From: Polyangiaceae bacterium
GTDB lineage: Bacteria; Myxococcota_A; Polyangia; Polyangiales; Polyangiaceae
NCBI GenBank assembly: GCA_035063585.1
Contig: JAPSGB010000005.1
Span: 128,001-192,000, forward strand
Length of the DNA stretch: 64,000 bases
Direction of reading: 5' to 3'
In this document: positions 1 through 12,225 of the stretch, piece by piece
Numbering within the stretch: the first letter of the stretch is position 1
Layout: the number at the start of each line of letters is the position of its first letter
Made by a program: the position numbers and the translations under genes
Notes under the pieces: model-generated
Databases searched by the model: none
The model's input: only the letters and a program-made list of their open reading frames with translations
What the model was told of the DNA's origin: nothing

Positions 1-415
1 CATCGAGCCGGTCGCCGCGGCGCGGCTCGAGTATCGGCACGGTGGCCGCAGCTTGCGCGTGCTCGAGCGCATGCTGCGCGATCCGCGCGAGCGCGCGGTC
101 GTATGCGAGTGCGAGCCGGTCACCCTGGCCGAGATCCGCTACGTGGTCGAGAACGAGCTTGCGACCACGGTCGACGACGTCTCGCGCCGCACGCGGCTCG
201 GGCTCGGCGCCTGCGGAGGGATGCGCTGCGCGGCGCGCTGCGGGCAGATCGTCGCGGACGCCACCGGCCGCTCGCCGGCCGACGGCGCGCGGATGGCCTC
301 CGAGTTCCTCGCCCGGGCCGCCCGGCGCCGGCTCTCGACCATCGGCCCCGAGCAGGCGCGTCAAGAGGCGCTCGCGCTCGGCGCGGAGCGCGCGCTCCTC
401 GGGGCTCCGCGATGA
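1..415 (+). CDS. glpA: Glycerol-3-phosphate dehydrogenase subunit A-like protein, C-terminal part (truncated by window edge)
   Basis: Frame open from position 2. BFD-like [2Fe-2S] tail VCECE...RRTRLGLGACGGMRC typical of GlpA. Stop overlaps the next ATG (ATGA at 412-415). Confidence 0.75.
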   Translation, partial: IEPVAAARLEYRHGGRSLRVLERMLRDPRERAVVCECEPVTLAEIRYVVENELATTVDDVSRRTRLGLGACGGMRCAARCGQIVADATGRSPADGARMASEFLARAARRRLSTIGPEQARQEALALGAERALLGAPR

Positions 416-1509
416 CGGTCGTCGTGGTCGGCGGGGGCGTCGCGGGCACGGCTGCGGCGTGGCTCCTCGCGCAAGAGGGCGTCGAGTGCGTCCTCTATCA
501 TGAGCGCGCCGGCGCGAGCGCGCTCTACGCGGGCGCGGTCGATGGCGACGCGCCCGGCGACGAGCTCGCGGGCTTCGCCGCGGCGCTCGGCCTCTGGCGG
601 CTCGGCCCGTGCACGGTGGCGAGCCCGGACGGTCTCGCGCGTCCCGCGCTCGGCCGCGACGCCGCGCTGCTCGATCTCGGCGAGTGGGCGGGGCGGCGGG
701 TGGCCGTCGCCGACGTCGCGCGCGACGGCTGGGATGCGAGGCTCGTCGCGCGCTCGCTCGGGCTCGAGGCGGTGCCGGTGACCGGGCTCCGCGAGGACTA
801 CGAGCGCCGCCTCGGAGACTGGGACTTCGCCGCGCTCCACGACGAGCCGGGGCGGGCCGCCTGGCTCGCCGAGCACCTCGCGCGCGCGGGCGAGGGCGTG
901 GACGCCTGGCTCGTCGGTCCGTGGCTCGGCACTATGCCGGGCGTCGCGGCGCGAGTGACCGAGCTCGCGGGTAAGCCGGTCGGTGAGACGCTCTCCATGC
1001 TGGACGGCCCCGCTGGCTCGCGCTTCGAGGCGGCGCGCGACGCGCTGCTCGGCACGCGCGCGCGCCGAGGGCGGGTGACCCGCGTCGCGCGCGACGGCGC
1101 GGGCTTCCGCGTGGCGCTCGAGGATGGGGAGGCGCTAGAGGCGGAGGCGGTCGTGCTGGCGACCGGCGGCGTCGCGGCCGGCGGCATCCGGCTCGAGCCA
1201 CCGCTCGCGGGCCACGCGGGCGGGGCGGGCTTCGCGCTCGGCTTCGACGCGCCCGTCACGCTCGAGCTCGACGGCGTCCTGGCGGACCGCGCCTCGACGC
1301 TCCACGGCGTCGATTTCGAGCGGCTCGGAAGGGACGTGGTCGAGCGCATCGGCGCGGTGAGCGCGGTCGAAGGGCTCGCGCTCGCCGGCGATCTGCTCGC
1401 CGGACGCCCGCGCAACGTGCTCGAGGCGGTGCGGAGCGGGCTCGCCGCGGCGCGGCGCGTCGCCCGCGCCGTGCGCGCGGCGCCGCCCGCGAGCCGATGT
1501 GCGCCGTGA
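412..1509 (+). CDS. glpB: FAD-dependent oxidoreductase, GlpB-like
   Basis: Start set at ATG 412 within ORF 103..1509. N-terminal VVVGGGVAG dinucleotide-binding motif, VVLATGG and LAGD motifs. Translationally coupled to the glpA-like gene. Confidence 0.65.
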   Translation: MTVVVVGGGVAGTAAAWLLAQEGVECVLYHERAGASALYAGAVDGDAPGDELAGFAAALGLWRLGPCTVASPDGLARPALGRDAALLDLGEWAGRRVAVADVARDGWDARLVARSLGLEAVPVTGLREDYERRLGDWDFAALHDEPGRAAWLAEHLARAGEGVDAWLVGPWLGTMPGVAARVTELAGKPVGETLSMLDGPAGSRFEAARDALLGTRARRGRVTRVARDGAGFRVALEDGEALEAEAVVLATGGVAAGGIRLEPPLAGHAGGAGFALGFDAPVTLELDGVLADRASTLHGVDFERLGRDVVERIGAVSAVEGLALAGDLLAGRPRNVLEAVRSGLAAARRVARAVRAAPPASRCAP

Positions 1510-1624
1510 CGGTGAAGCGCGCCGCGCGGTTCCGCGCCGAACCGACCTCACCCTCGGAGTGTCGGAGCGGAGACGGTCTCTGGCTCGTTGCCGGCGCGGG
1601 ACCGATGCGGTAGGCACCCCCGCG

Positions 1625-4309
<2,685 letters not shown>

Positions 4310-4315
<6 letters not shown>

Positions 4316-4329
4316 CGGCAGCGTCAGCC
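4310..4329. terminator. Hairpin between convergent acnA and S41 protease genes
   Basis: GGCTGACG-gcag-CGTCAGCC, an 8-bp perfect stem overlapping the acnA stop. No U-tract. Confidence 0.4.
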
Positions 4330-4340
4330 GCCGCGCGCGC

Positions 4341-5690
4341 TCACGGCTTGCCGATGAGCACGCCCGCGAGGAGCTGGTAGCCGACGCTGAGCGCCTGGTC
4401 GGGCCCCCCGGTCGGGTCGTCGGGGAGCTCGCGCGCGACCCCGAGGCGGGTCGAGGGCGCGGCGGCGCCGCCGTCGCCGGGCGCTGGCGCGCCGGCGTCC
4501 GGCTGGGCGCTCCCGGGAGGCCCCTCGGCAGGGAGGTGGTTATCGAGGTCGCTCTCGCGCACCACGCCGAAGCCCGGCTCGGCGGCGACTCCCGCGGCGA
4601 CCGTCAGGTCGGGCGCGATCCCTTGGGCCTGGATCGAGCGCCCGCTCGGCGTGTAGTAGCGCATGGTGGTGAGTCGCATGCCGGCGCCGCCAGGGAGCTC
4701 GAGGATCGACTGCACCGAGCCCTTGCCGAAGGTCCGTGCGCCGACGACGGTGGCGCGGCGCTGGTCCTGCAGCGCACCGGCGACGAGCTCGGCGGCGCTC
4801 GCGCTGTACTCGTTCACGAGCGCGACCACCGGGCCGCGCGCGAGCGCGCCGCCGCTCGTCGCGCGCACCGTGTCCACCACCTTGCCGCGGTGACGGGTGG
4901 TGTAGATGATCCCGCCTGACAAGAGCTCGTCGGCCACGCCGCTCGCCTCGTCCACCAGGCCGCCCGGGTTGTTCCGGAGATCGAGCAGCACCCCGGCGAG
5001 CTCGCCGCGCGCGTGAGCGCGAAGCTGACCCACCGTGCGCATGAGCTCGTCGTGCGTTCCGGTCTGGAACTGCTTGATGCGGAGGTACGCGATGCCTCCG
5101 CGGAGGAGCTTCCCGGTCACGCTCGAGACATGGATCACCTCGCGCTCGAGCTTGAAGTAGAGGGGCTCGTCGGAGCCTTGACGGCGTATCGTGATGGTGA
5201 CGAAGGTGCCAGGCGCTCCCCGCATCAGCCGCACCAGCTCCTCGCCCGACTTGCCGCGCACGGGCGCGCCCTCGACGGCGACGATCCGGTCGCCCGATTT
5301 CACTCCCGCGCGGGCCGCCGGTGAGCCGTCGATGGGCGCGAGCACCACGACTCCCTCGTCTCGGAAGTCGACCTCGACGCCGATCCCGGCGAAACTTCCC
5401 TCGGTGTCCGAGCGGAAGACCGCGTATTCCTCGGGAGTCATGTACGAGGAGTGCGGGTCGAGCTCGGCGACCATGCCCTTTACGGCGCCTTGGAGGAGGC
5501 GCGTGCGGTCGACGGGCTCGACGTAGTCGTTCTCGATGAGCGCGAGCACCTGACCGAGCTGCTGCAGCAGGTCGTACGGGCTCGACGCGCTGCTACGCGC
5601 GCGCGCGAGCCCGGTCGCGGTTCCGCCCGCGGCGAAGCCGAGGAGCGCGACGAGCATGACCCGAGCCGAGAAGCGGGAGTTGGTCGCCAT
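4341..5690 (-). CDS. Carboxyl-terminal processing protease (S41 family, PDZ domain)
   Basis: Signal/TM segment, LDPHSSY, GIGV PDZ entry, DLRNNPGG, SASAAE (catalytic Ser), TFGKGSVQ (catalytic Lys). Confidence 0.93.
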   Translation of the reverse strand: MATNSRFSARVMLVALLGFAAGGTATGLARARSSASSPYDLLQQLGQVLALIENDYVEPVDRTRLLQGAVKGMVAELDPHSSYMTPEEYAVFRSDTEGSFAGIGVEVDFRDEGVVVLAPIDGSPAARAGVKSGDRIVAVEGAPVRGKSGEELVRLMRGAPGTFVTITIRRQGSDEPLYFKLEREVIHVSSVTGKLLRGGIAYLRIKQFQTGTHDELMRTVGQLRAHARGELAGVLLDLRNNPGGLVDEASGVADELLSGGIIYTTRHRGKVVDTVRATSGGALARGPVVALVNEYSASAAELVAGALQDQRRATVVGARTFGKGSVQSILELPGGAGMRLTTMRYYTPSGRSIQAQGIAPDLTVAAGVAAEPGFGVVRESDLDNHLPAEGPPGSAQPDAGAPAPGDGGAAAPSTRLGVARELPDDPTGGPDQALSVGYQLLAGVLIGKP

Positions 5691-5891
5691 GACCCCGAGG
5701 CTAGACGAAATGCGCGGCAGTTCGAGCCTGGCGGCGCGCGCGGGAGGGCGAGGAGCCCCGGGGCGCGGGCGGCGCGCTGCGCCTCGGGGAAGCCGCGCCG
5801 AAGGGTGGTTGATCTCGCATCCTTCGAGGTGCTAGTGTCGAAGTACGCTATCGGTAGGCACGAGCGCCTACCCGAGCCGGAGGACCGATCC

Positions 5892-6110
5892 GTGGCTGAC
5901 GAGTCCGCCAAGACGGGCAGCGACAAACGCAAGCAGAGCCTCTACTTCCCCGAGGCGATGCTCCAGGAAATCAAGGACGAGGCAGCGCGACTCGATCGCT
6001 CCCTGTCTTGGGTCGTCCAGCGAGCTTGGAAGATGGCTCGGCTGGAGATCAAGAAGATCCCGAGTGTCAACGACATCGGAGACGAAGAAGAAGAGTCCGA
6101 GAACACCTGA
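5892..6110 (+). CDS. Small myxobacterial protein (TIGR04563 / MXAN_4361-4362-like, ribbon-helix-helix-like)
   Basis: GTG at 5892 preceded by GGAGG. DKRKQSLYFPEAMLQEIKDEAARLDRSLSWVVQRAWK matches this family as I recall it. Confidence 0.85.
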   Translation: MADESAKTGSDKRKQSLYFPEAMLQEIKDEAARLDRSLSWVVQRAWKMARLEIKKIPSVNDIGDEEEESENT

Positions 6111-6987
6111 GCGCGACGTCGCGGATTCGTTCGCTCACGGCGTGGACGGCACGCGTCTGTTCGTGCATCGCCGGCCCGGCCCCTCCGAGACGACCGCGCT
6201 GCTCTCCGACGGGATCGTCTGCGACGGCTTCATCTACAAGTACCTCGAAGAGGATCTCGCGCATCGGCTCTCGGTCGCGCACTGGCACTACCGGGGGCAT
6301 GGCCGGAGCGCGCCGCCGGTGGATGACGAGCGGATTGGGGTCGAGGACCACGCCGCGGATCTCGACGCGGTGCGCCGTCACCTCGGTGATCCACCGGTCC
6401 TCTTGGTCGGGCACTCTTTCGGGGTGCAGGTCGCGCTCGAGGCCTACCGGCGTCGTCCGGAGGGCGTGAAGGGCCTCGTGCTCTTGTGCGGCACCTTCGG
6501 GCGGGTCACTCACACCTTCAAGGGGACCGACCTGCTCGCTGCGGTGCTGCCGCGGCTCACCGCGGCTGCTGGCCAGCACCCCAAGATCGCGCGTGCGCTC
6601 TGGTCGCGGATGCCGCCGCGGATCGCGCTCAAGCTCGCGCTCCTGACGGGCGACATCGACCCGCAAGCGATCGACGAAGAGGACGTCCGCCCCTATTTCG
6701 AGCACGTCGCGGACGTCGACGTGGTGATGTTCTTGCGGATGCTCGCGCGCGCGGGGGAGCACTCCGCGGCGGATCTGCTGCCGCGCGTGCGCGTCCCGGT
6801 GCTGGTGGTGGCGGGAGATCGCGACTCCTTCACTCCGCCGGGGCTCAGCGAGAGCATGGCCGAGCGCATCCCCGACGGGGAGTTGCTGATGATCCCCGGC
6901 GGAACCCACGTGACTCCTCTCGAGCATCACGAGCTCGTGGCGAGGCGCATCGAGCAGTTCCTCGACGAGCATGGGCTCGCGAGATGA
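6064..6987 (+). CDS. Alpha/beta fold hydrolase
   Basis: YRGHGRS, GHSFG nucleophile elbow, GDRD acid, GTH catalytic His. Start uncertain. Confidence 0.9.
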   Translation: MSTTSETKKKSPRTPERDVADSFAHGVDGTRLFVHRRPGPSETTALLSDGIVCDGFIYKYLEEDLAHRLSVAHWHYRGHGRSAPPVDDERIGVEDHAADLDAVRRHLGDPPVLLVGHSFGVQVALEAYRRRPEGVKGLVLLCGTFGRVTHTFKGTDLLAAVLPRLTAAAGQHPKIARALWSRMPPRIALKLALLTGDIDPQAIDEEDVRPYFEHVADVDVVMFLRMLARAGEHSAADLLPRVRVPVLVVAGDRDSFTPPGLSESMAERIPDGELLMIPGGTHVTPLEHHELVARRIEQFLDEHGLAR

Positions 6988-7697
6988 GCGGCGCGCTCGA
7001 GCCTCGGCTCATCGGGGAGCTCCTCGCGCTCTTCGTGCACGACCTCCGAAACCCGCTCTCCGCGCTCTCGAGCAACGTCCGATTCGTCGAGCAGTCGTGC
7101 GCCACCCGAGACGCCGACGTCGCCGAAGCGCTCCGCGACTCGAGCGCCGCGTGCGTCGGGATCGCTCACTTCGCCGAGAACCTCAACCTCTTCGCGAGGG
7201 TGCTCGCAGAGGGACGCGGGCGGACCGCGACCCGGCTCTGCATCGACACCGTGGTCGCCACGGCCGTCCGGCGAATGGTCGCCATCGCGTCGAGCCACCG
7301 GGTCGAGCTGTCGCTCGAGGGGACCGCGGGCGAGCGCGAAGGTCACGCCTTCGCGGAGAGCGAGCTCTTCGCGCTCTTGGTGACCAACCTGATCCGAAAC
7401 GGAATCGAGCACGCTCCCGCCGAGACCACCGTGGTCGTCGCGATCCAACGTGACGAGCACGAGGGGACGGTGTCGGTCATCGACGGGGGCCCGCCGCTCG
7501 ACGTCGGGCTCCTCGAGCGTGCCTTCACCGCGGAGGGGCAGCTCGTCGCGAAGGGGCTCGCCGCCGGTCGCTACGGGCGCGGGCTCGGGCTCTACGCTGC
7601 GCGGCTCGCGGCGGACGCGGTCGGCGCGCGCCTCCGCGCCGAGACGACGCCCGATGGCCGGAGCCGCCTCGCCCTCGCCGTGCCGCTGGTCGCCTGA
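6984..7697 (+). CDS. Sensor-less histidine kinase (HisKA + HATPase only)
   Basis: ATG 6984 overlaps the upstream stop. VHDLRNPL H-box, NLIRNGIEH N-box, IDGGP G1, GRGLGL G2. Confidence 0.8.
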   Translation: MSGALEPRLIGELLALFVHDLRNPLSALSSNVRFVEQSCATRDADVAEALRDSSAACVGIAHFAENLNLFARVLAEGRGRTATRLCIDTVVATAVRRMVAIASSHRVELSLEGTAGEREGHAFAESELFALLVTNLIRNGIEHAPAETTVVVAIQRDEHEGTVSVIDGGPPLDVGLLERAFTAEGQLVAKGLAAGRYGRGLGLYAARLAADAVGARLRAETTPDGRSRLALAVPLVA

Positions 7698-7701
7698 GCC
7701 G

Positions 7702-8913
7702 CTACGGCTGCAGGATCACCGCGTCGTCGGGCGGTCGGAACAGGATCTTGCCGGTCTCCCCCGGGCAGCCCCAGCAGGTGCTGAAGTGCAGGCGCGGACG
7801 GATGCTCGCGCTGTACGCGAGCGCGATCGGCCCGGGCTCACTCTTCATGATGAAGCTCGAGTCGAGCCGGTATTCGTCGGCTCCCGTCACATGATACACG
7901 ACCACGAAGGACGTCGTGTCGCCCGAGCGCCCGACCGCGACGAGGTACTCGCTCCCCGCCGCGGGTTGCCAGAGGAGCGGAGCCACCGTGAAGTCGAACC
8001 CCTTCCGATCTCCCGGTCCCCGGGACACCACGGTGTTCGCGGCGTCCGGCTCCCGGAACAGCTTGATGTCCTTCGCGATCGCCTGGGTCGCCGGATCGCT
8101 CGCGAGGAGCGCCTGGAGCCGCTCGGCGTTCACGCGCGCCCGGGCGAACACCTCGCCGAGCTTCGGCTCCTTGACGACCGCCGCGTTCGGCGCGCCCTTG
8201 CAGCAGCGAAACCCGAGATCGTCCGCGGTGGTCGAGGGGTCGAGCGCGGCCCGCGCGGCGCAGCGGTGGTCGGGCGCCGGCGCGCCCGCCGGTGCGCCTC
8301 GGACCGCGCCGCCGCCACGCCCTTCGCCATCGGTCGGGGCGACATCGCTCGCCGTCCACTCGCGGAGCGTGCCCATCGCCACCACGTCGAAGCCGGAAGC
8401 GCAGCTCTCCGGCCGCGACGCGCAGCGCGCGTCCCAGGCGCCCCCGCCGGGGAAGCGATCGCTGCTCGGGCCCTTGCAGGCGCGCTCCCACTCGAGCTCG
8501 GTGCAGAGCCGCCCACCCGCGGTCGCGCAGAGCCGCTCGGCCTCTCCGCGGCCGACGCCGACCACCGGGGGTTTGGACGGATCGTTCGGGTAGGGCAGCC
8601 GATCGATCTGGTACGGGCCGAGCTCCACGGCGTAGAGCCGCGGCTCCACCCCGGGCTTTCGCCCTTCGCTCCCCGGGACGCTGCCGGCCTGAAACGAGCC
8701 TCCCGGGATGTCCACCGTCTCACCCGTGAGGGGCGCCTCGGTGGGCGCGCGCGCCGATGGTGGGGGTTGGCTCGGCGCGGAACCTCGCGGTGCGGGCCCA
8801 CCGCCGTCGGCGCCGGACGGCTTCTTGCATGCGGACACGGTGAGCAGCGCCGCGGCGCCGACCACGAGACGCGAGCGGCGGCGCGCGACGGCGCGGTTCG
8901 CTGGCGAGAGCAC
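7702..8913 (-). CDS. SUMF1/FGE-sulfatase-domain lipoprotein
   Basis: Lipobox VSAC, IPGGSFQAGS, RLCTELEWERACKG, MGTLREWT, LGFRCC. Confidence 0.8.
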   Translation of the reverse strand: MLSPANRAVARRRSRLVVGAAALLTVSACKKPSGADGGGPAPRGSAPSQPPPSARAPTEAPLTGETVDIPGGSFQAGSVPGSEGRKPGVEPRLYAVELGPYQIDRLPYPNDPSKPPVVGVGRGEAERLCATAGGRLCTELEWERACKGPSSDRFPGGGAWDARCASRPESCASGFDVVAMGTLREWTASDVAPTDGEGRGGGAVRGAPAGAPAPDHRCAARAALDPSTTADDLGFRCCKGAPNAAVVKEPKLGEVFARARVNAERLQALLASDPATQAIAKDIKLFREPDAANTVVSRGPGDRKGFDFTVAPLLWQPAAGSEYLVAVGRSGDTTSFVVVYHVTGADEYRLDSSFIMKSEPGPIALAYSASIRPRLHFSTCWGCPGETGKILFRPPDDAVILQP

Positions 8914-9017
8914 CCGCCGGAGATAACTTCCTCCCGCGTCCAGGGCAAGCGGAGAGCCCCGGAGGCGGCGCCTCCTGGCTGCGCGCTTCGAATTCTGAGG
9001 TATCGTTGGAGAGCTAT

Positions 9018-9278
9018 ATGCCGCACCCGCTCGCTCGCACGCTCGCCCCGCTCATCGATCTCGAGGTCGACGAGCTTCGCGCGATCGTCGCGCGCTGGGT
9101 GCTCGCCGAGAGCGATGAGCGGGAGCGAGCGCGCTACCGCCGCTTCGGCGCGGAGCTCCGCGCGCTCAAGGCGCGAGTCGGGACGCGCGTGACTCCACCG
9201 ACCGAGGAGGAGATCGAGATCGCGCTCACCGCGCTCCTCGTGCTCTCCGGACCGCGCGCGCAGGCCGAGTCGAGCTGA
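9018..9278 (+). CDS. Hypothetical helical protein
   Basis: ATG 9018 after GGAGAG, high-GC3 codon usage, fills an intergenic gap. Confidence 0.6.
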   Translation: MPHPLARTLAPLIDLEVDELRAIVARWVLAESDERERARYRRFGAELRALKARVGTRVTPPTEEEIEIALTALLVLSGPRAQAESS

Positions 9279-9464
9279 GCCCGACCGGGCGAGGACGCGC
9301 GTCGGGGGCGCGCGCAGGCCGCGATGCCCCGGCACCTCGGCTCCAGCGAGCATGACGCGTCGCGGCACTCTGGCGCGCGGTTCTTGAGGGATTGGCGGCG
9401 GGTCGGTCTGGTGAACCGAGTGTCCTTGTTCTAGGTTCCCCGTGTAGCCCCGCGAGGAAAGTGG

Positions 9465-11435
9465 ATGAGAAAGAAGAACGTCAAGATCGACGGCCGGATC
9501 CTCTATCTCACCGAGGACGCCGAGCTCCTGCGGAGACAGCTCGAGGGCGAGGACCTCGCCTTCGACGCTGAGCGGAAGCTCGTCAACAACATCTCGACCG
9601 ATGAGATCACGCCCGGCTGGGTCTGCTACTTCTACGACGAGACGCTCGCGCGCTACTGCCTCATCGGGCTTCGCGGCGGCATCGTCCAGAAGGACTCGAT
9701 CAAGGGCGGCGGCTTCGGGGTCATCGTCAGCGGGCGGAGCAAGGGCTGCGGCAGCTCTCGCGAGACGGCTCCCTACTCCGAGCTCACCGCGGGGGTGAAG
9801 CTCGTCATCGCCGAGAGCATCGAGAAGATTTACGGGCAGAACTGCCAGAACATCGGGCTCCTCACCTCGACGGATTTCTCGCTCATCGCGCGGATCGAGC
9901 GCGGCGAGGAGATCCCCATCAGCGAGTTTACCCGCGGGCTCGACCCCATCAGCGCCCAGATCGTCGAGGCGGGGGGCCTCTTCACCTACAACAAGCTCCG
10001 CATGGCCGGCGAGCTCGCCCCGCCCCCGGTGACCACCCCCGCGCGGCCCATGACCTTGTGCGAGAAGATCATCGCGTCGCGCGCGATCGCCGACGCCAAG
10101 ACCGGGCGCCTCGGCATCCCCGGGGTGAGACCGGGCGACGCGCTCTTCGTGCGGACGGACGTCCGCTTCAGTCACGAGTACGTGACGCCGATGGCCGACG
10201 CGGTGTTTCATCAAGGCTTCGGCGCGGACGCCACGGTCACCGAGCCCGAGAGCGTCTACGCATTTCGCGATCACCTGACGTTCCTCGACAAGGTCATGCC
10301 GGAGCAGCACAAGAAGCTCGGGCTCGACCGGCAGGCGGCCTCGCTCAGGATCGTGCAAGAGGATTTCACGAAGCGGTATGGCGTAAAGCTCTACGGCGAG
10401 GTCGAGCGCGACGGAAAAGTCGTGGGCAGCGAGGCCATCAGTCACAACAAGGTCATCGAGGAGATCGCGCTCCCCGGGCAGGTCGTCGCGGGGACGGACT
10501 CGCACACCTGCATGGCGGGCGCGATGGGCTGCTTCGCGTTCGGCGTCGGCAGCACCGACATGGCGAACGCGTGGTTCACGCGCGACGTTCGCGTCAAGGT
10601 GCCCGAGACGGTGCGCTTCGTGCTGAACGGCACGCTCGGCCCGAGTGTCTGCGCCAAGGACGTGATGCTCCACATCCTGAGCCTCGATCATTTCAAGAGT
10701 GGAAAAGGCATTGGCCAGGTGCTCGAATTCTCCGGCCCGGGTATCGCCGCCATGTCGCTCGACGAGCGCTCGGTGCTCACCAACATGGCGGTCGAGGCAG
10801 GGAGCTTCACCGGCATCATCGAGGCCGATGAGGTAGTCGTCGAGTACCTGGTGAAGATGCGCGGCCTCGACGCCGAGGCGGTGCGGAAGATGGCGGTGCG
10901 CCCCGATCCGGGCGCGGAGTACGCAGACACCTACGAGATCGACCTCGGGACCATCGTGCCCATGGTCGCGACGCCCGGGGATCCGCGCAACGGTGTCTCC
11001 CTCGGTGAGCTCGTCGCGAGCTCGGGCGAGATCAAGATCGACATCGCGTATGGCGGCTCGTGCACCGGCGGGAAGATGGCCGACATGGACATGTACGCCG
11101 CCGTCCTCGAGCGGGCGCTCGAGAACGGTCGGCGCGTCGCCGACGGCGTCCGGCTCTTCATCCAGTTTGGCTCGCAGCACATCCGCGACTACGCGATCGA
11201 GCGCGGCTACGTCGATATCTTCGAGCGCGCGGGCGCGACCGTCGTCGATCCGTCGTGCGGCGCGTGTATCCGCGCGGGCCCGGGCGTCTCGTTCACCCCC
11301 GACGAGGTCACCGTGAGCGCGCAGAACCGCAACTTCCCGGGACGCAGCGGACCGGGCAAGCTCTATCTGGCGAGCCCGCTCGTCGTGGCGGCCAGCGCGA
11401 TCGCGGGGAAGATCGTGTCCCCCGACGCGGTGTGA
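9465..11435 (+). CDS. Aconitase-superfamily hydro-lyase: fused LeuD-like (N-term) and LeuC-like (C-term) domains
   Basis: N-term NISTDEITP, GCGSSRETAP and GGL swivel motifs. C-term MTLCEKII, GTDSHTC, GGSCTGG, PSCGAC, NRNFPGRSG, YLASP. Confidence 0.88.
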   Translation: MRKKNVKIDGRILYLTEDAELLRRQLEGEDLAFDAERKLVNNISTDEITPGWVCYFYDETLARYCLIGLRGGIVQKDSIKGGGFGVIVSGRSKGCGSSRETAPYSELTAGVKLVIAESIEKIYGQNCQNIGLLTSTDFSLIARIERGEEIPISEFTRGLDPISAQIVEAGGLFTYNKLRMAGELAPPPVTTPARPMTLCEKIIASRAIADAKTGRLGIPGVRPGDALFVRTDVRFSHEYVTPMADAVFHQGFGADATVTEPESVYAFRDHLTFLDKVMPEQHKKLGLDRQAASLRIVQEDFTKRYGVKLYGEVERDGKVVGSEAISHNKVIEEIALPGQVVAGTDSHTCMAGAMGCFAFGVGSTDMANAWFTRDVRVKVPETVRFVLNGTLGPSVCAKDVMLHILSLDHFKSGKGIGQVLEFSGPGIAAMSLDERSVLTNMAVEAGSFTGIIEADEVVVEYLVKMRGLDAEAVRKMAVRPDPGAEYADTYEIDLGTIVPMVATPGDPRNGVSLGELVASSGEIKIDIAYGGSCTGGKMADMDMYAAVLERALENGRRVADGVRLFIQFGSQHIRDYAIERGYVDIFERAGATVVDPSCGACIRAGPGVSFTPDEVTVSAQNRNFPGRSGPGKLYLASPLVVAASAIAGKIVSPDAV

Positions 11436-11550
11436 CCGCTCCCGCCGGAAGTCGAGGCCGCCCTGCCCTGGAGCGCCTCGGCTCCCGGCGTCGTGGCCCG
11501 GGCGCGCAAGTTCGGGCTCGCGCGGCGATGATCCGCTATAGCTACGCGCG

Positions 11551-12225
11551 ATGACGCCTCCCGCGCGACGTCGCCGCGCCGCCCCGACAACCCAGCGTAA
11601 GACGGCTACCGCCGCCTACCGCGCGGGACCGGGGATGCTGGTTCGCCTCTCCTACCGGGTGTTCGACGCCGACGGAGAGCAGGTGGGCGAGGGCGAGCCC
11701 GCCGCGCCGCTCGGCGCGATCTTCGGCTACGGCGAGCTCTTGCCCGCGCTCGAGCGCGCCCTCGATGGCAAGACGACCGGGGAGCGCGCCACCCTCGAGC
11801 TTGCGCCCCGCGAGGCGTACGGCGAGCGGGATCCGAAGGCCATCATCGAGGTCGACCGCGAGGAGTTTCCAGCGGAGGTGGCGCCCGGGGATCGATTCGA
11901 GGCAGAGCGCGACGAGGGGGGGATCGTGGTGCTCAAGGTGCTCGACGTCACCGAGGACGCGGTGGTGCTCGACCTGAACCACCCGCTGGCGGGCCAGAAG
12001 GTCCGCTACGAGCTCGACGTCGTGGAGGTGCGCCCCGCCACCGCCGACGAGCTCGAACAGGCGGTTTTTCGCCTGGAGGCGCCCGAAGCGCCTGCCCCGG
12101 AGGGCTTGATCCCGCTCGGCCGCTTGCTTACCGGGGGCCGCCGGCGCTACGAGGACGATTCCAAGCGCTCCGCGGACGACGAGGAGCCCGGCGAGCCAAA
12201 CGGAGAAGACCATGAGCGAGAGTGA
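11551..12225 (+). CDS. slyD: FKBP-type peptidyl-prolyl isomerase, SlyD-like
   Basis: LLPALERALDG, EAYGERDP, LDLNHPLAGQ, VVEVRPAT. Start uncertain. Confidence 0.85.
   Translation: MTPPARRRRAAPTTQRKTATAAYRAGPGMLVRLSYRVFDADGEQVGEGEPAAPLGAIFGYGELLPALERALDGKTTGERATLELAPREAYGERDPKAIIEVDREEFPAEVAPGDRFEAERDEGGIVVLKVLDVTEDAVVLDLNHPLAGQKVRYELDVVEVRPATADELEQAVFRLEAPEAPAPEGLIPLGRLLTGGRRRYEDDSKRSADDEEPGEPNGEDHERE

Noticed and set aside
7702..8913. Formylglycine-generating enzyme maturing the sulfatase-like protein at 34613
   Set aside because: It is a lipoprotein lacking the RGGSxxC…C catalytic motif, lies 26 kb away, and the putative substrate has no CxPxR motif.
9370..9390. Sigma-54 promoter upstream of the LeuD-LeuC fusion (TGGCGCGCGGTTCTTG)
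   Set aside because: No GC at the required GG-N10-GC spacing.
8130..11180. 1016-aa minus-strand ORF, and similar long ORFs (2666..4270, 23556..25841, 34133..35821, 42887..44926, 53829..55802, 59801..62263)
   Set aside because: Antisense or off-frame shadows of well-supported genes. Stop codons are rare at this GC content, and the translations are Arg/Ala/Pro-rich with no motifs.
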